A stretch of DNA of 64,000 nt from Ramazzottius varieornatus. Taxonomy: Eukaryota > Animalia > Tardigrada. Below, in pieces: positions 26,080 through 39,200 of the stretch. Position 1 is the stretch's first letter. Every line of letters begins with the position of its first letter. The notes under the pieces are model-generated. The model saw only the letters and a program-made list of their open reading frames with translations. It made no database searches and was not told the DNA's origin. Location: the NCBI GenBank assembly GCA_001949185.1, contig BDGG01000001.1, positions 1,107,153-1,171,152 on the forward strand. Reading direction: 5' to 3'. The position numbers and the translations under genes are program-made.

Positions 26080-27108
26080 ATGTTGCCTGTGGAGGTCCAG
26101 AAGTTGATCGTGTCCCACTACCAGGCTGGGAAAAGAATTCCCGAAATCCATTCCATCGAAGTCTCTGTATACGTACTATACCGTTCGAAACGTTGTTCAA
26201 CACTGGATCAGGACTGGCGGTTATCGGACTGGAGCGAAGCCTCCGAAGAAGCAGCCGAAGGAAAGAAAAGACGCCCTGAATCGTGCGATTCGGAACCTCA
26301 TTGAAGCGGCGCAGCAGAACAGCATCCGTGGTCAGGCAAGAAAGCAAGGAATTGATCGGAGCGCCATATCCAGAGAGATGAAGAAACGCGGAATCAAAGT
26401 CTACCGCAAAGTCATACGTCCTTTCATCACCGAAGCCCAGAAAGTCGCCAGGAAAAGATGTGCTCAACGCTTCCGAAAACGCTACCGGAAATCGGATATT
26501 CCCAACTTTGTTTTCGTCGACGAGTGCTACGTTCTGGTCGAGGAGTATTTTAATTCACAGCAGGAACGGTGCTACGGTAAGTCGTTTGAGCTGATTCCTG
26601 ATTCGAAGAAGCACAAACGTTTACAAAAATCGCCACTGAAGGCGATGATTTTCGGAGGAGTTTGGCGTGATGGTCGTACTCGGCTTATCGTTCGCCCATC
26701 CGGGTTCAAGATTAACCAGGCAACTTACCAAGATCGATGCCTGAAGCCGATGCTCTACGATCTGAAGGATAAACTGGACCCAAGAGAAGTCATCTTCTAT
26801 CAAGATAAAGCCCCCTGCCATGTCGCGAAGACCACTCAGTCGTACTTGGAAGCAAGCCTTCCCTCGTTGTTCGGAAGAACAATAATCCGCCGAACAGTCC
26901 TGATCTTAACCCTCTGGACTATGGAATTTGGTCGGCGTTGAAGGCACGATTAGGCAAACACAAAATCATCCGGAATTTCGAGCAACTGAGGAAGGTGTTG
27001 ATCAAGAAATGGAAGGCTCTGCCGGAAGAGCTCATCCGGGACACCGTGGATTCTTGGCTGGGCCGATGCCGAGCGGTCGAAAATTCTGACGGAAACTATG
27101 TTGACTAG
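26080..27108 (+). mobile_element. Tc1/mariner-superfamily transposase, DD37D (maT) type, frameshifted and likely inactive; element ends about 25915 and 27278 (uncertain)
   Basis: VFVDEC, FYQDKAPCH, PPNSPDLNPLDYGIW; 37 residues between second and third Asp after correcting a 1-nt frameshift near 26868; further frameshifts in the HTH region. Confidence 0.88.
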
Positions 27109-28288
27109 ATCCTTTTGCTTGTCTGTGAGGACGCTAAATTCTCTATCTGTCGACGTACAACATGCGATTTTTGGTTAAGTGAGTAAAAAGATACTTGCAG
27201 TTGAAAAAAGTTGAAATCGGCGTGCAGTGGTTGAATAAATAGCCGGCTTGAACTGGAATCGAAAACATATGTACAGTATACCTTTCGAGCGAGTGGACTG
27301 TCCACACCAGCCAAAACGAATCCTGTACGTGGTCGGTCTCAGGTTTGTCTCAATTTCGGAATGCGTTTTTCACCTCGTGCCCCGAAACTTCGAGCAAGCA
27401 CTTCTGAAGTCATCCCATATTTTACAAAACATGCTCTGTCACCGGGCCTTCTACGCAATCACAACCATGTACAAACAGATGCGAAACAGAATTTGATGGT
27501 GACATTCATGAGTACATGCTGCTGTTCGAGGAGTGTAGGTGGAATTCCAAGTGAGCATGCCGCCTTTTTTCCTTTGGTTTTTCATTTAGGGTATTTTCAG
27601 CCTTTGCTTCTGGGAACGAAGGCATGCGGAGACCTTTTCGGAGTCGGACAGATTAGGCCCCAAGGCTCCAGTTTTCCGAATACACCCTACTGATAGCCAT
27701 AACCTTGCCTTGAGGCACCATGTCTCGCACTTACGTCACGATCTTACCTATCTGCCCCTTTCCAATTTAGCTGGTCCGCATCGGTCATGCATGCTATAGT
27801 TGAGCGTTCAAGAGACGCTCTTCTGATTATATAACCATGGGAAAACCTGCAAGGTCAACGGGTCTTGGTGTTTACCTAACCCAGAGTCGCAAAATGGGCC
27901 ATTAATCTACTTTGTCGGATGTAGCGTAAGCTCCGGTGGAAATGAATGAAGGTCAATGGGTACGCCGTAGCCTTGAGCCTTCGCAAGTCAATCAAGACAC
28001 CGCTGCTCTGTAATTAACTATCCACTCAAGCTGTGTAGGGAATTTTCTGCCTGCCTTCCCCTACGACTTCCGACGGAGACGCCAGGCCAGGATGCCATGT
28101 CGAGCCGCACCCTGCAGGGACGCATGCCCTTGTTTTTTCCCCACCCGCAAGCTTAAGCACTTGACTGAAATTTCCACCTTACTGCATGCATAAGACGGTG
28201 TCGTGTATCGTCTGGCTCATCCCGAATAGGGAGAACCTTTGGCATCAGATCTTGATCATTCTTGCTCGATAGACTTTGACATGCACAT

Positions 28289-28786
28289 ATGTGTGATTGC
28301 TCGATGGACCAGCTAAAATTTCCGCTGGCAGGCTCACGAAATCAGCGTCTTGTCATCCTGTGCTTAGTCGTTTTATTGCTGGCGAATCTTCAGCCAATCG
28401 ACTGTGCTAGTTCCGGTAGCGCGCAAAAGGTATGTTGCGCCTGCTCCGTCAGTTGGCGTAACATTAAAGCCGGCTGATGCGTTGTGTGAAATTTACAGAA
28501 GTCAGTAGACAAACGCTATGCCAAGCCCAGCGTTCCCTTCTCATGGATCAGATGGAGAATCGGCCATCAGCGCACCATCTTCACCAACAACGAATCTGTC
28601 AGGAGAGGCCTGTCCTTTGAGCAAATGGCCCGAGTGAAAACAACCATTGACCTGAAGAAAGATGGACCAGCCATACTACGACTTGTCCGCCAGCAGAAAC
28701 AGCTGCGAAGACAAACGGGGACCTGCTTGTTTAACGTTGTCTCGTGTTTTGGACGATCCACCCTGAAATCTCGCAAGCCACCTTGA
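28289..28786 (+). CDS. AstC: Allatostatin-C/somatostatin-family neuropeptide precursor; exons 28289-28429 and 28499-28786
   Basis: Signal peptide LVILCLVVLLLANLQPIDCA; phase-0 intron gtatgt..tttacag; dibasic sites; RR-QTGTCLFNVVSCF-G-R matches the AstC core CxFNxxSCF. Confidence 0.85.
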
Positions 28787-29280
28787 CGTAACATCGCGCC
28801 AGCATAACCGCACATCCTTTTTTTGGATACGTCTGCCCTTGTATCCTCATCGCTCATGTACAGTCCGCCAAATGCTATAGTATGCAGTAAATGCGAACTT
28901 AGTTCCGATTGATCTGCCATGAAAAGTCAAAACGATCGCACTTCACAAGTTCATACAAATGACGTAAAATTAACACTAAGAGATGCATATGAAAAAATGG
29001 AGAGGAAACCTGAACAACGTTGAGGGTTAATTGATTGACAACGAATACTTCGTAGAAAAAAAAACCCGCTGACGGTAAACTGTTTTGGGAAAATATTAAT
29101 GAGGACAGTTTCAACTTCCATCAACAGGAAGTACCATCTTTTGCAAAACCTCTTTTCCTCGACACAACAACGCAGGAACTGGTAACAACAATTCTAACAA
29201 GCAGGCTTCAAGCTAACGTCCTATTCCATTCCCACATCAGCCTATGATCAAACTATATACTCTTGTGACTCTTGCCTTCC

Positions 29281-31311
29281 TCATGCGGCCTCCATGTCGA
29301 CCGGAACCACTGGCACAGCAACATTCTTCTTTTGGCCTGAACGGATTCCCGGAAGTCCCGCTTGCTTGCGCGCCTCGATCTTGACCTGCAACAGAGTGCA
29401 CCTCAAAGTTAAAAACCTGGACAACTCTCAAGATTATAGTTGGAAAATCGGCAAACGAGCTGAACGTGATCTTTATCAAGTAGCGCACATCCTCATCCCA
29501 AATGGCTGTAAATATGCGCCACTTGGGAAAGCCATTTTGTTCAAGTCATATACCGACGTTTTAGGTAGTGAAATCGATATCGTACCTTGGAGCACATCTG
29601 GCCGAAGTCTCGTCGGTCGGGTAGACGACCAAACAAGCCACTCCGGCGAGCGTATTCCCGATACACTTCGAACAGCGCGTCCAGCTTCTCGGGATCGAAC
29701 ATTCGCGCGTCGGCCTTCTTGTTCTTGCGCGAAATGACACAGTTCTGCAAGTCATCCGGAGGGAACAGCTCCGACATGGCCATTCTGATAGCCTTCATTT
29801 TGGTTTCCTGCGTCATGCGCTCGACCAGGTTCTCCAAGTTGACCATCCCCCCGGTGGCACCAGGAATGGCCACTGGATACAGCTTCACACCTGTAATAAC
29901 CCCGCGCTAAATCAACACCACGAAGCCACGCTTTTTCATGCGCGTAAACATGCTGCAACATTGCGGCACGCAACGAAAAGCCATGCACCCTTACACCCGT
30001 CTCGGAGACGGGTACGGATATAAAATGTTCAAAGCATGGTAAACTGTCTGGGTTTTGGCACAAATTCTGACATGCGGAAAGCGTGTAAAAGGACGGATTC
30101 TCCGCTAGGAATATGAAATTTAAAAGTTTGGACGAGTTTGAGTCGGCTGGTATGACTTCGACATACCTGTGCTGGGAGCAAGTGTCATCAGTCGTCGTGC
30201 CTTCTTGGCTGATCCTCGGCGTCGGGCAGCAGGCTTTCGGGCGACTTTGACTGGAGCCTTTCTCGAATGGACGGTGGTGACGACAGATCGGCCACGTGGA
30301 GTAGAAGCGGATGTTGCAGCGTTCTCGTTTTCATCGTCGTCTTCGTCATCTGAGCCTTCATCAGAAACTTCGTTTCCGTTGGGATGAGGTTCCGACACGC
30401 CACGGCTGATGTGCTTGGTCGTAGGAGTAAGTGGGACAAGCTTGGGTTGCTTCATTGGTATCTAAAACACACAGAGAAATCTGAGGAGTGTTCAGCTCGG
30501 AAACCTACATTCGAAGCCTTCCCCTTCAAGTTAGCTTTAGCCGTTCAACCAGGGTTTTGCAGGTAGATACTAAAACTTCAAATTACCTGTCGAGGCGGAG
30601 GCTGACTTTTGGTCGGTGGAGGCCCAGTGCGCTTGAACGGCGAGGAGACATTCAGAGGTCTTCGCGCTGACACGGTGCCATGAGCAGGGTTGAAGCGAGC
30701 AGTTATAATCGGCGTCGCCTGCGTCCCTGCGTTCTCCTACGCCAGGAACACAAAATCGTCAGCCCAAGTTCGACACATCCTGAGCCATATTGTCCTGAAC
30801 ACAAGGTGGAATACAATAAACTAATAAGGGGCTAAAAGACTACCATGTCGACATCCGATTCATCTTCTTCACTGCCCGAAACCTCTTCTTCTTCGTCTTC
30901 ACTCTGTTCCTCACCAACAGCGCCACCCCGTTCCGCCTTGAGCGCGTTTGTCCATCGGCGTCCACGATCCTCAAGATGCTGCCGGTCACGTAGGACGATC
31001 GCAGCTTGTTCCTCCAGGGATCGTCCTGCAAAGACAGTAAAGCCTGGGTTAAAAAAACAGAGTAATGCTTGGTCAGTTGATTGACAGATGCACTGACCTG
31101 GTTCCACTGCGAGAATCATGCAGGGGTAATATCGGCCCAACACCAGCGTTTTGCAGATCATTCGTTCATCCGGTTGTGCTCTGGGGTTGATCAGTCGGAG
31201 ATCTTGGAGTGAAACTGCCTGAACGAAGGACGCCGGGAAGGGGTGATGAACATTGCCATAGTGTTCGTGGTAGAAGATGACAGCTGATCCGGCGTTTGCG
31301 TTCGGCATCAT
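29281..31311 (-). CDS. BEN-domain protein with acidic and basic low-complexity middle; multi-exon
   Basis: IRMAMSELFPPDDLQNCVISRKNKKADARMFDPEKLDALFEVY fits the BEN pattern (LF..e.l....LDp.kl.ai); last exon VKIEARKQAG..DMEAA* ends at 29281. Confidence 0.65.
29472..29530. repeat. Dispersed palindrome copy, BEN-gene intron
   Basis: tcaagtagcgcac...atgcgccacttggga. Confidence 0.7.
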
Positions 31312-32079
31312 TGCGCACTGGAATCCGGCTACGCTTGAAGTTACGCTACCAGCCTGAAATCAACAACAGAGAGTCTTAGCACAGTAACTCTAGGTGTTTG
31401 AAGCTTCGATCTTGCAGAATCTCACCTCGAAAGAACAAATCTGTCAGAGGGGAGACAAATAAGGTTAAGTCGAACGGATGAAGAAGTTTCAGGGATAACA
31501 TAGGGCGAAACAGTCAAGCAGAACAGAGTTCGGTTTAATTGTAAAATTATCGCATTTCTCCAGGAGGCGGGGTGACAGTCAAAACGGGCGGAGTCGGCCA
31601 TCACCGATTTAGGTTTTAAGTGTTGACTTCACGATTCGGTACCGCTTAGTGAGTAAGCGTATGGCAGGCGAGTGGAGGATGGGCTCGAGCCTTTGTTCTT
31701 CGACCAAGCGAGAAAATCAAGGAGACGGCCAAATCCAGAAGTTTTTTCTGTATTTCCGGTTTTGAATTCGTGAAATCCCTCTTCGGTTTCGCTTGGAAAA
31801 CATTAAAGAAGATCTATAGCTTGTGAAGTGCTGCGCGAATGAATAGACGCTAACATCATTTTCCCGCCATTGCTAGTCGGTACATGGAAGTCGGAAGTTT
31901 CACTTGCATACGTCGCTTCGATCACAGATAATTTTTTACCATCCGATCCAAAAGTACGAACCTGCTGCAGAATAAACGTGTTAGCTCGACAACCATAGTT
32001 TCATATCGTGAAAAAAAGTGACTATGCCACACGTCATCGGAAAAGAAAATCGACTAAAAACACCAGACCAGAGTTCAAG

Positions 32080-32185
32080 GGAAAAGCCCTAACTTTTCTA
32101 GCGCATACAACTTTGCTAGCATACGTCACAGGGAGCGTCTCATACTAGCGAAGTTGTATGCGCTAGCAAAGTTAGGACCTTTTCC
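32080..32185. repeat. Long inverted repeat: ~40-bp arms with ~25-bp spacer; MITE-like hairpin
   Basis: gaaaagccctaacttttctagcgcatacaactttgctag pairs with ctagcgaagttgtatgcgctagcaaagttaggaccttttc with few mismatches. Confidence 0.85.
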
Positions 32186-32414
32186 TCGTACCGCCAGGCT
32201 TGAAGACCCAGCGTCAACCGGAAGTGCTCGCTCGAAAGGCTAAAGTTGCATTCGCCGGGGAAAAAAGGGGGTAACACTCGAAAAGGTCTCTAAATATTCC
32301 CTAAAAGCCGAAACTTAGATATCGAAACTCGCTTGTCGAGGAACCGAGCAGAACCCAACGGAACCCTTCGGAAACGTCTTGGCTACAATCTGCTCAGTTG
32401 AATACATGTAGTAT

Positions 32415-32710
32415 CTAAGTGAAATCCCACTTCTCTTCCTTGATGCGAACTTCCTTCTTGATGACCATCCTCTTGACATTCTTTGTGATCACGGGAGCTG
32501 AGGCAATAGCAACGCGAGGGGCCGGCGAAGTCCATGCCCTAAAAAGCATCACCATGACTTCCGAAATACAGTAAAGTCCAGTGTCGTTAAGCTTAAACGA
32601 AGTACCCAGCTGCAGTCAAGTCGTACGAATACCTGTCCGGCTTCTGACTCCGACGTCGATTCTTCGTCCTCCGGGTCGCTTTCATCGTCCTCGTTAGAAG
32701 CATCCCGTGT
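32415..32710 (-). pseudogene. 3' exons of an unidentified, probably decayed gene or element that may extend to ~35300
   Basis: Acidic exon NEDDESDPEDEESTSESEAGQ and terminal exon PRVAIASAPVITKNVKRMVIKKEVRIKEEKWDFT*; upstream frames are interrupted by stops. Confidence 0.3.
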
Positions 32711-35700
32711 ACAAAAGGATTACTTTATAGAAATGTTATGTTTTGCGAAAATCGAAGTACGAATTTTGTTTGTACCGTACGGTTACTGCTGTAAAAACTT
32801 TGAACGTCCCGACATTACCAACTGAAAATTTCTTCGCAAGCATAAGGTAATCCTACATTGGCCTTAGTCTCGTCGAACCCAGATATCTGCTTGCAGACCG
32901 TATTCAAATGTCCAGCGGATGAGTTTATGCCTTCTGCCTCAAGGTCAATGGATTCTTTCTCCAGCTTTTTTTACTCCATTATTTTCCGTGCCCCTGCGTG
33001 AGCACACAACACCCCGCTGGAGCAATATGGTTATCTATGGATGTAATTGCACGATGGTAGTTGCCCGAGGGGCGTTGGTTGTTACCGCAAAAGCAGCAGC
33101 CACCCGCCAAGCAAACTGGTTTCTATTTCGCTTTTTCCATTCCGTTAACTGCATACGGTAGCGCTTAGGCGAGTGACGGACAGCAGGTTGCCAACATCCT
33201 TCGCTGGCGAGACACCATCTATGATGGCCATCTGACAAGTATTAAATGCACCAAAGAACATTGCGCTTATCGCCTTGACCTCCACTTTTACAGCGGAGGC
33301 AGTAGCCTACTGCGGAACTCAAAGCCGACACATGTTTTTGACTTGAGAGATAAAACCAGTGTACACTTTTTGCCATGCCTTCACTGTATCCGCCCTGATC
33401 TCGAATACTTATTTGTGGCGCTTGTTCTGGAGTTTGTGCGAAATTCCATCGGTCCACCCGAACCTTAGCATCTACCGGTCTTGCTCATGAACAACAGTGA
33501 AAACGGTCCAGGTAAGAATTTTTTTCAGCCGAACTCGGGTTAATCGGACGTAGAACCATGCATTTGACTTTGACAAATATTTTTGGTCAGCGTGTTTTGG
33601 TTCTGCGCCCAGGTGAGTCATTGCTGCGATTACGATGCAGGACACGTTTCTAATAGATTAATAACGTTGTGGTTCCGGGTAGTAACGCCAGATCCCAAGG
33701 TTCAGTAACCTGACCGTATTGAATGAAACAGAAGAATGAACAGGAGGAGGCGGATATTTCGGTTCAGTCATGAGATGAAGGTGTCTTTCACATTGCGTGG
33801 GCGAACTCATTAGTGCCATCCATCCGCCGTGCGTCGTTCTTCTTCCTGATCTCGTCAACAACATCCATTAATCTGAACACCTAGATCTAAGCTCTTTTCC
33901 GCCGAATCCGTTATTGTACTTCGAGGTCAGCCAACCTGCAATAGTAACCTCGGTCTATGGAGTAAATGAACGCATTCTAAACCTGTAGGGAATACTGCAG
34001 TGTGGTAGTACGAGAACATGTGGCGCCACCCGCGCATATCCGCCTTTCATGTGTCCGAGCATAAGCGTGATTATAATTGTGCAGTGGAGCGGCCTGAAGA
34101 ATGCAACATTGAATGGTCATTTTTGCGTGCGGCTGGCTATTACGTTGGCTATATTTTGACCATATTTGCTGCTCGACGTTACGCAAGAATACTCTTGAAA
34201 GATGCTTTAATAACCCTTTGCCTAAAGACATGGAACAACGACTGCACAACATCATTACTTACGCTGAAGAGTGGTGGGACATACAGTATAGTGAGAATTC
34301 GACCCAGCAGCAAAAGTACTCGGCGTCACTTCATTTGGGTACACAGCCCAGTTAATTACGCCACATCTCATCGCCGCATGATGAATGAATAATCAGGCAG
34401 GAGAATATTATTCAGAGGGACGTCATACTGGGCACTTTCTATGATTACATATGGACTTGGTGGTTGGGTCTTGCCGGCCTGCAGAATATTCCAGAGTCAA
34501 TTTGGCCTTTTGTGTTCTGCACGACACGGAAACGACGACTGACACACAAGGGATACATTTCGTAGACCCAAATTATATACCGTATCCAGGCTGGAGGTCG
34601 TTAAATAAGGATGACCAGAGACGCGGTATGGAACTGACATGCGTGCAGGAGATCTTTTTGTGAGCACGGCTGTAAAGGAATATTATATCGGCGGATAATT
34701 GGGTCAGTGGTACCTTTCGCACAGAAAAGACATCCTGCTGCTGTCACAACCGCCTCCTTTCCATCCGTTTTCTTCATGCCTTTCCGATGACCGAAACCAT
34801 TAAAAACAGCGGGTGGTACTTTTTGCTACCCTCCCCACGTCAACATTGCACACGTAGCCCATACTGCTTTCAGTTTCCCTGTGCTCACCCAACGTACTAT
34901 ACTATGTACCACGTGTCGCCGTTACCGGTCACCTTAATTGAAATTCAGTATTACTTCGACCAATGGTCGGCAATGTTCCAAGTGCAACTATATATGGGGA
35001 AGTGACTTTAGGGAATTTGGGATAACTTGACGGTTAACGAACGGTATCACGTTGTGTAGCGTGTTCGCTCTGATGTAAAGGTAGGCCAGTCCGAATTTAC
35101 GAACGGGAGCGAGAAGCTGCGAGTTTCAGCCGGCATCCGCGCTCTGCTTTGTGTCGGTGTCGACGGGGATATGACGATTCCGTACAACCGCTTCGCGCTT
35201 TATGATCCGTCCCATCTGCTTTACCACACATTCTGTACGAACAGCCCCGATCGCAGTTATACCATAGCTGTACATCCTGGTGAGTAAGAAGAGAAGGCAG
35301 CTGTGTAATTTCCGCCTTGCAGCCTAGCTTGATGAAATCAGACAGTAGCGGCCATCATCAAACCAATCATTATACTGGCGAGCTGAGCGCGGAAGCTGCA
35401 CAATTCACTGTAACTTTGCTATGTGGCTGTAATTTCATTGCCCGTTTCCCCCAAGCGTCCAAACTCCAAAGAGGAAGAGGAGTGCCTGGAAGTCATGCGG
35501 TAGGGGCTTTTCTGTACGTTGAACGATTACAAGTCAAAGGAGGTCTCCGCATCGTCGTTTCTTGCCAAAGTGAAATCTGGCTAATGCCCGACGGGCTTAA
35601 ATCGCTTTCGGAAACGCCGGGAATATCTCATGGATCCATCCCCTGTATTTTAGCAAGCCAAGGAACTCTCCTCGTCATTTCCTATATCGGCCCTCTCGAC

Positions 35701-36201
35701 CATTATTCAATTTTGCAATTCTGATGCCAAGGCAGCTGTTTTTCGAGAGGTCCTTCAATTTTCTTTCAGTGTGTGTTCTTTATATTGTGCCTGCTGTGGT
35801 TGATATTGGCCGCATATTGTTTCGAGCCGGCTTCCGTCGTGTCAAGCACGCTTGACAAGGTCTCAAGAAAGGGACTCTGCTGTCAGTTGCGGCACAAGGA
35901 ACATGCTTGATGACTTGTTCATTGCTCTTTACATTGCAGGCTGCAACTTTGGACCTTACCAAAAGGAATCTCAACGGATTTCCGTACTGATTCCAATTAA
36001 CCCACTAAAAATCAAGCCATCGCTTCTTTTTTGATTTCGCCCCCATCATTATTGTCTGCCACTTTCCCACACCCAACTCATGATGGATTATCTACATGGG
36101 CTAGCCCATCTCCCAACGGAGACTCTTCAATCGTACTTTATGGAAGGAAAAAACGCCCAATAGATATTGCCTTGATCTGAATTTCATCTGTTGAACTCTT
36201 C

Positions 36202-39200
36202 ATGGACTGGCAAATGCGAGAATATTTCGGATGGAAATTCCACCCTCTTTTCTCGCTACTGCTTTATCTAAAGTATGCTGCGCAATCGGTAGAGGGTCTG
36301 AATGACGGATCGTTGGACAAAGATTCCCGGTTATGGCATCCCAAATATCCGCCGGTAATCTGGTATCCTGAATTTGCAATGTGAGTACAGCCTAGAAACC
36401 AGCGCACATATATTCTGAAGCTTGTTTGGGCAAATTTGGGAAATACCAAAAAATGCTTCCCTGTTTTTGTCGGCATGTCTTCGTCGCACTTGAACAATAT
36501 TGTAGTCTGTACTCTGAAATTCAAAGTATTGTTACGAAGCATAACGTCGAAAATATGCAAATTTGGTACGCACGAATGGTTTAAAAGCGCAATTTGATAT
36601 TGGGCATCTGGTAAGGGTGTGAAGTACGCCTTCTCTAGTTGGGGCATCATGAAGAGCAGTTCAAGCTGTCCAAACAGTCAATATTTGGCTTCTAATATGC
36701 CTGACAATATTTGGATACATTTTTCAGGCCGGAAATGTTATTCCTACTGACGATTCAGTTGTCGTTGCCATGTTTGTTGTGCCTTGCTTTCTAATTTGAA
36801 GTAGTTCCCTTCTCTTCGACCACAACGGTCAGTTCCATATTCGCCCAATATGATTTGCGCACACAACGTCTAATTTGCCGTAGGCTCATAATGAGGAACT
36901 GACACAGTTTCTCACAGTGGATGAATAAGTTGGCCAGTTTGCACAGTTGACACCTGTGATCATATGCAAACGTGGGCAGATATTTAGCATAGAGGAAGTG
37001 TGATACTCGTGTTTGATCGATGAGACTGGTGTGAAGTGCGGAAGAAAGGGGAAGACGCTGAGCTGAGCTGAGCTAAGCTGGGAAGTTGGTCAAGGAGAAG
37101 AATAGGCTGGCGGAAAAGAAAAGTGTCCCACTGCCGAAATATCACGTTGCGGTATTCATCCGCCATTCATACACACCGCCACAACCGTCAAGACAGATTC
37201 CTTTGGAGTGAAATATGTGAATATGTCTGTATGCATATCGTTGAACAGGCCGAATTAATCAAAGACCGATACTTGCATTCAATAGCTTTGAAGGAAGGAA
37301 AGGATGAAGGCTTTGAAGTATACACCTTCGCTCATTTCCATCGATTTTGAGCCACGGAGACTTCCTTCACTCGCACTATAATAACTCCTCTTCACGTTCG
37401 TGACTTCCTTACTCAATTTCGCCTTTCAAGCTGATCGATTTTAGGGGGATAAATTTCACGTGGAGAGCGTCAGCTGGGAAAGATTAAGCACAGCTATCGA
37501 CAGGCAGAAAAAAAACAATAATAAAGATCCAGCTTGGCTATATTTTCTCCCTTGATCGGATGGAAGAAATGACCCTTTTAACGTCATCGTTAACGCCGCA
37601 ATCTGCCGTTCATCTTTGACCATTAAACTTGGTGGGAGAATTGGCACTTTAACAGTGGCGTCGACACTTTGACACTGGGCGCGCGAGATACATTTCTTCT
37701 TCTTCAGAATTTTCTCAATTTGACAATCACAAAGATTGGATTGGAAAGCATTGAGTGAAGCGACGCCGTAGGAAATCTGACAAGGGCGCAAAAGGGGTTC
37801 AAAAGGGTCCATTCGGATATTCCATCCATGTGGTTCATTTTACATTTGTACCGCAGTGTCGCCGATCATATTTCGTTTAGCTGACCAACGCGCCTCTCGG
37901 GCGTTGTTCGATTTGTCTTCCCATGGATGACGATGAAGTAATGTTCGAGGCTTCAACTTTGCGCCATACACACGACCACGAAATGAGATGGAAATGGGCC
38001 ATCTTTAAGGTTAGATTAAGGATGGCCGGACAGTGACCGGAGATGAGCTTCTGGACAGGAAGACCAGGGAAATAGAGGGAACGAAGGGAGGAGAAGGGTC
38101 AGCTGGCCAAGCCGTTAATCTCCCTTACGTAAATACCATTTGGCACTCGGCAAAAGCCACAACAAACACTGACCACGAATACCAGCGAGAACCGACATTC
38201 ATTGCCACTTTGACGGATACATTTGAACATGACACATAGCTTTCGTCATTTACACAAATGGAAAAGTGAGAAAACATCGTTACAAAATTTTTGAAATACT
38301 TTTGGCCTTTTTGACATATGGAAGATATCATAACTCGCTCTATCTTTTCCGTACGCCGGGCGCGTGTCAGTTCGTCGACAGATTCGCTTCTTGGAAAAAC
38401 CGGACTTTGTTTTTCAGATGGTCAGTTTCAATACTTGAGACATCGGCAAACGGTCTCGTCCAGTACGTTACTTCAGGCAGCGCACGTCATTGTTGTTATT
38501 GGCCGAAGACGTGCGCCACTTGAGAAAACCAGCTTTGTGGGGATTGTTTCGGGAAGTGGCGCACGAATTTATTGTCCTTGGCTGTAAAAGTGCGCCACAT
38601 GGAGCAGCGAATCTGGCGGGATTCGTTTGCCGACGTCCCATGTTAGTCAGCAGTTTGCATGTTGTAGACAGTGTGGAGAACCTTCTAGGTGGGAGTTTGG
38701 GCGGAGGTTCCGTTTCGGCAGAAGTCAAAGACATGTAATTAGTGCCTCGACTAGTTGATCCAATCAAAGTTGCGAAGTCCAAAGGAAAGACAGAGACCGA
38801 ACCTTAATTGACGGGAAGAGGAAGAATAGAGGGAGCATTGAGAAGACAGTGCAAAGAGAATGTTCCCACCAGTTCCCCTCCTTCTTGGCGCATTAATTCA
38901 ATAACGTTTGCCAGTCACATTCCGCTTTCGAAAGCATAAATGCCTTGGAGGCTACACGGCATTAGGCTGAGCATGTAATTACATTTTGAGAGACTTGTAA
39001 TTATTGAGACAGCTTTCTCCAATAATAACCATCAAACAGGAAGGACTTTGCTTTTTGATCTTTCGATGCCCGGGTCTTCCTGTCGTTGCGATGCAGACGT
39101 CGTTTGACGTGAAAACATGACAAAGTGACTTTCGCGGTGGAAATGTTGTTTCCTGCCGCGCATATTTGTTCTTCAGCGATGCATCTGCCGATTGTCCACA

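Noticed and set aside
28567-28920. 117-aa minus ORF
   Set aside because: Antisense to exon 2 of the allatostatin-C precursor
28289-31311. Idea that the AstC and BEN genes are nested in an ephrin intron, or that 28289 is the ephrin signal-peptide exon
   Set aside because: Each ephrin has its own phase-compatible exon 1 (21850-22019 and 36202-36380)
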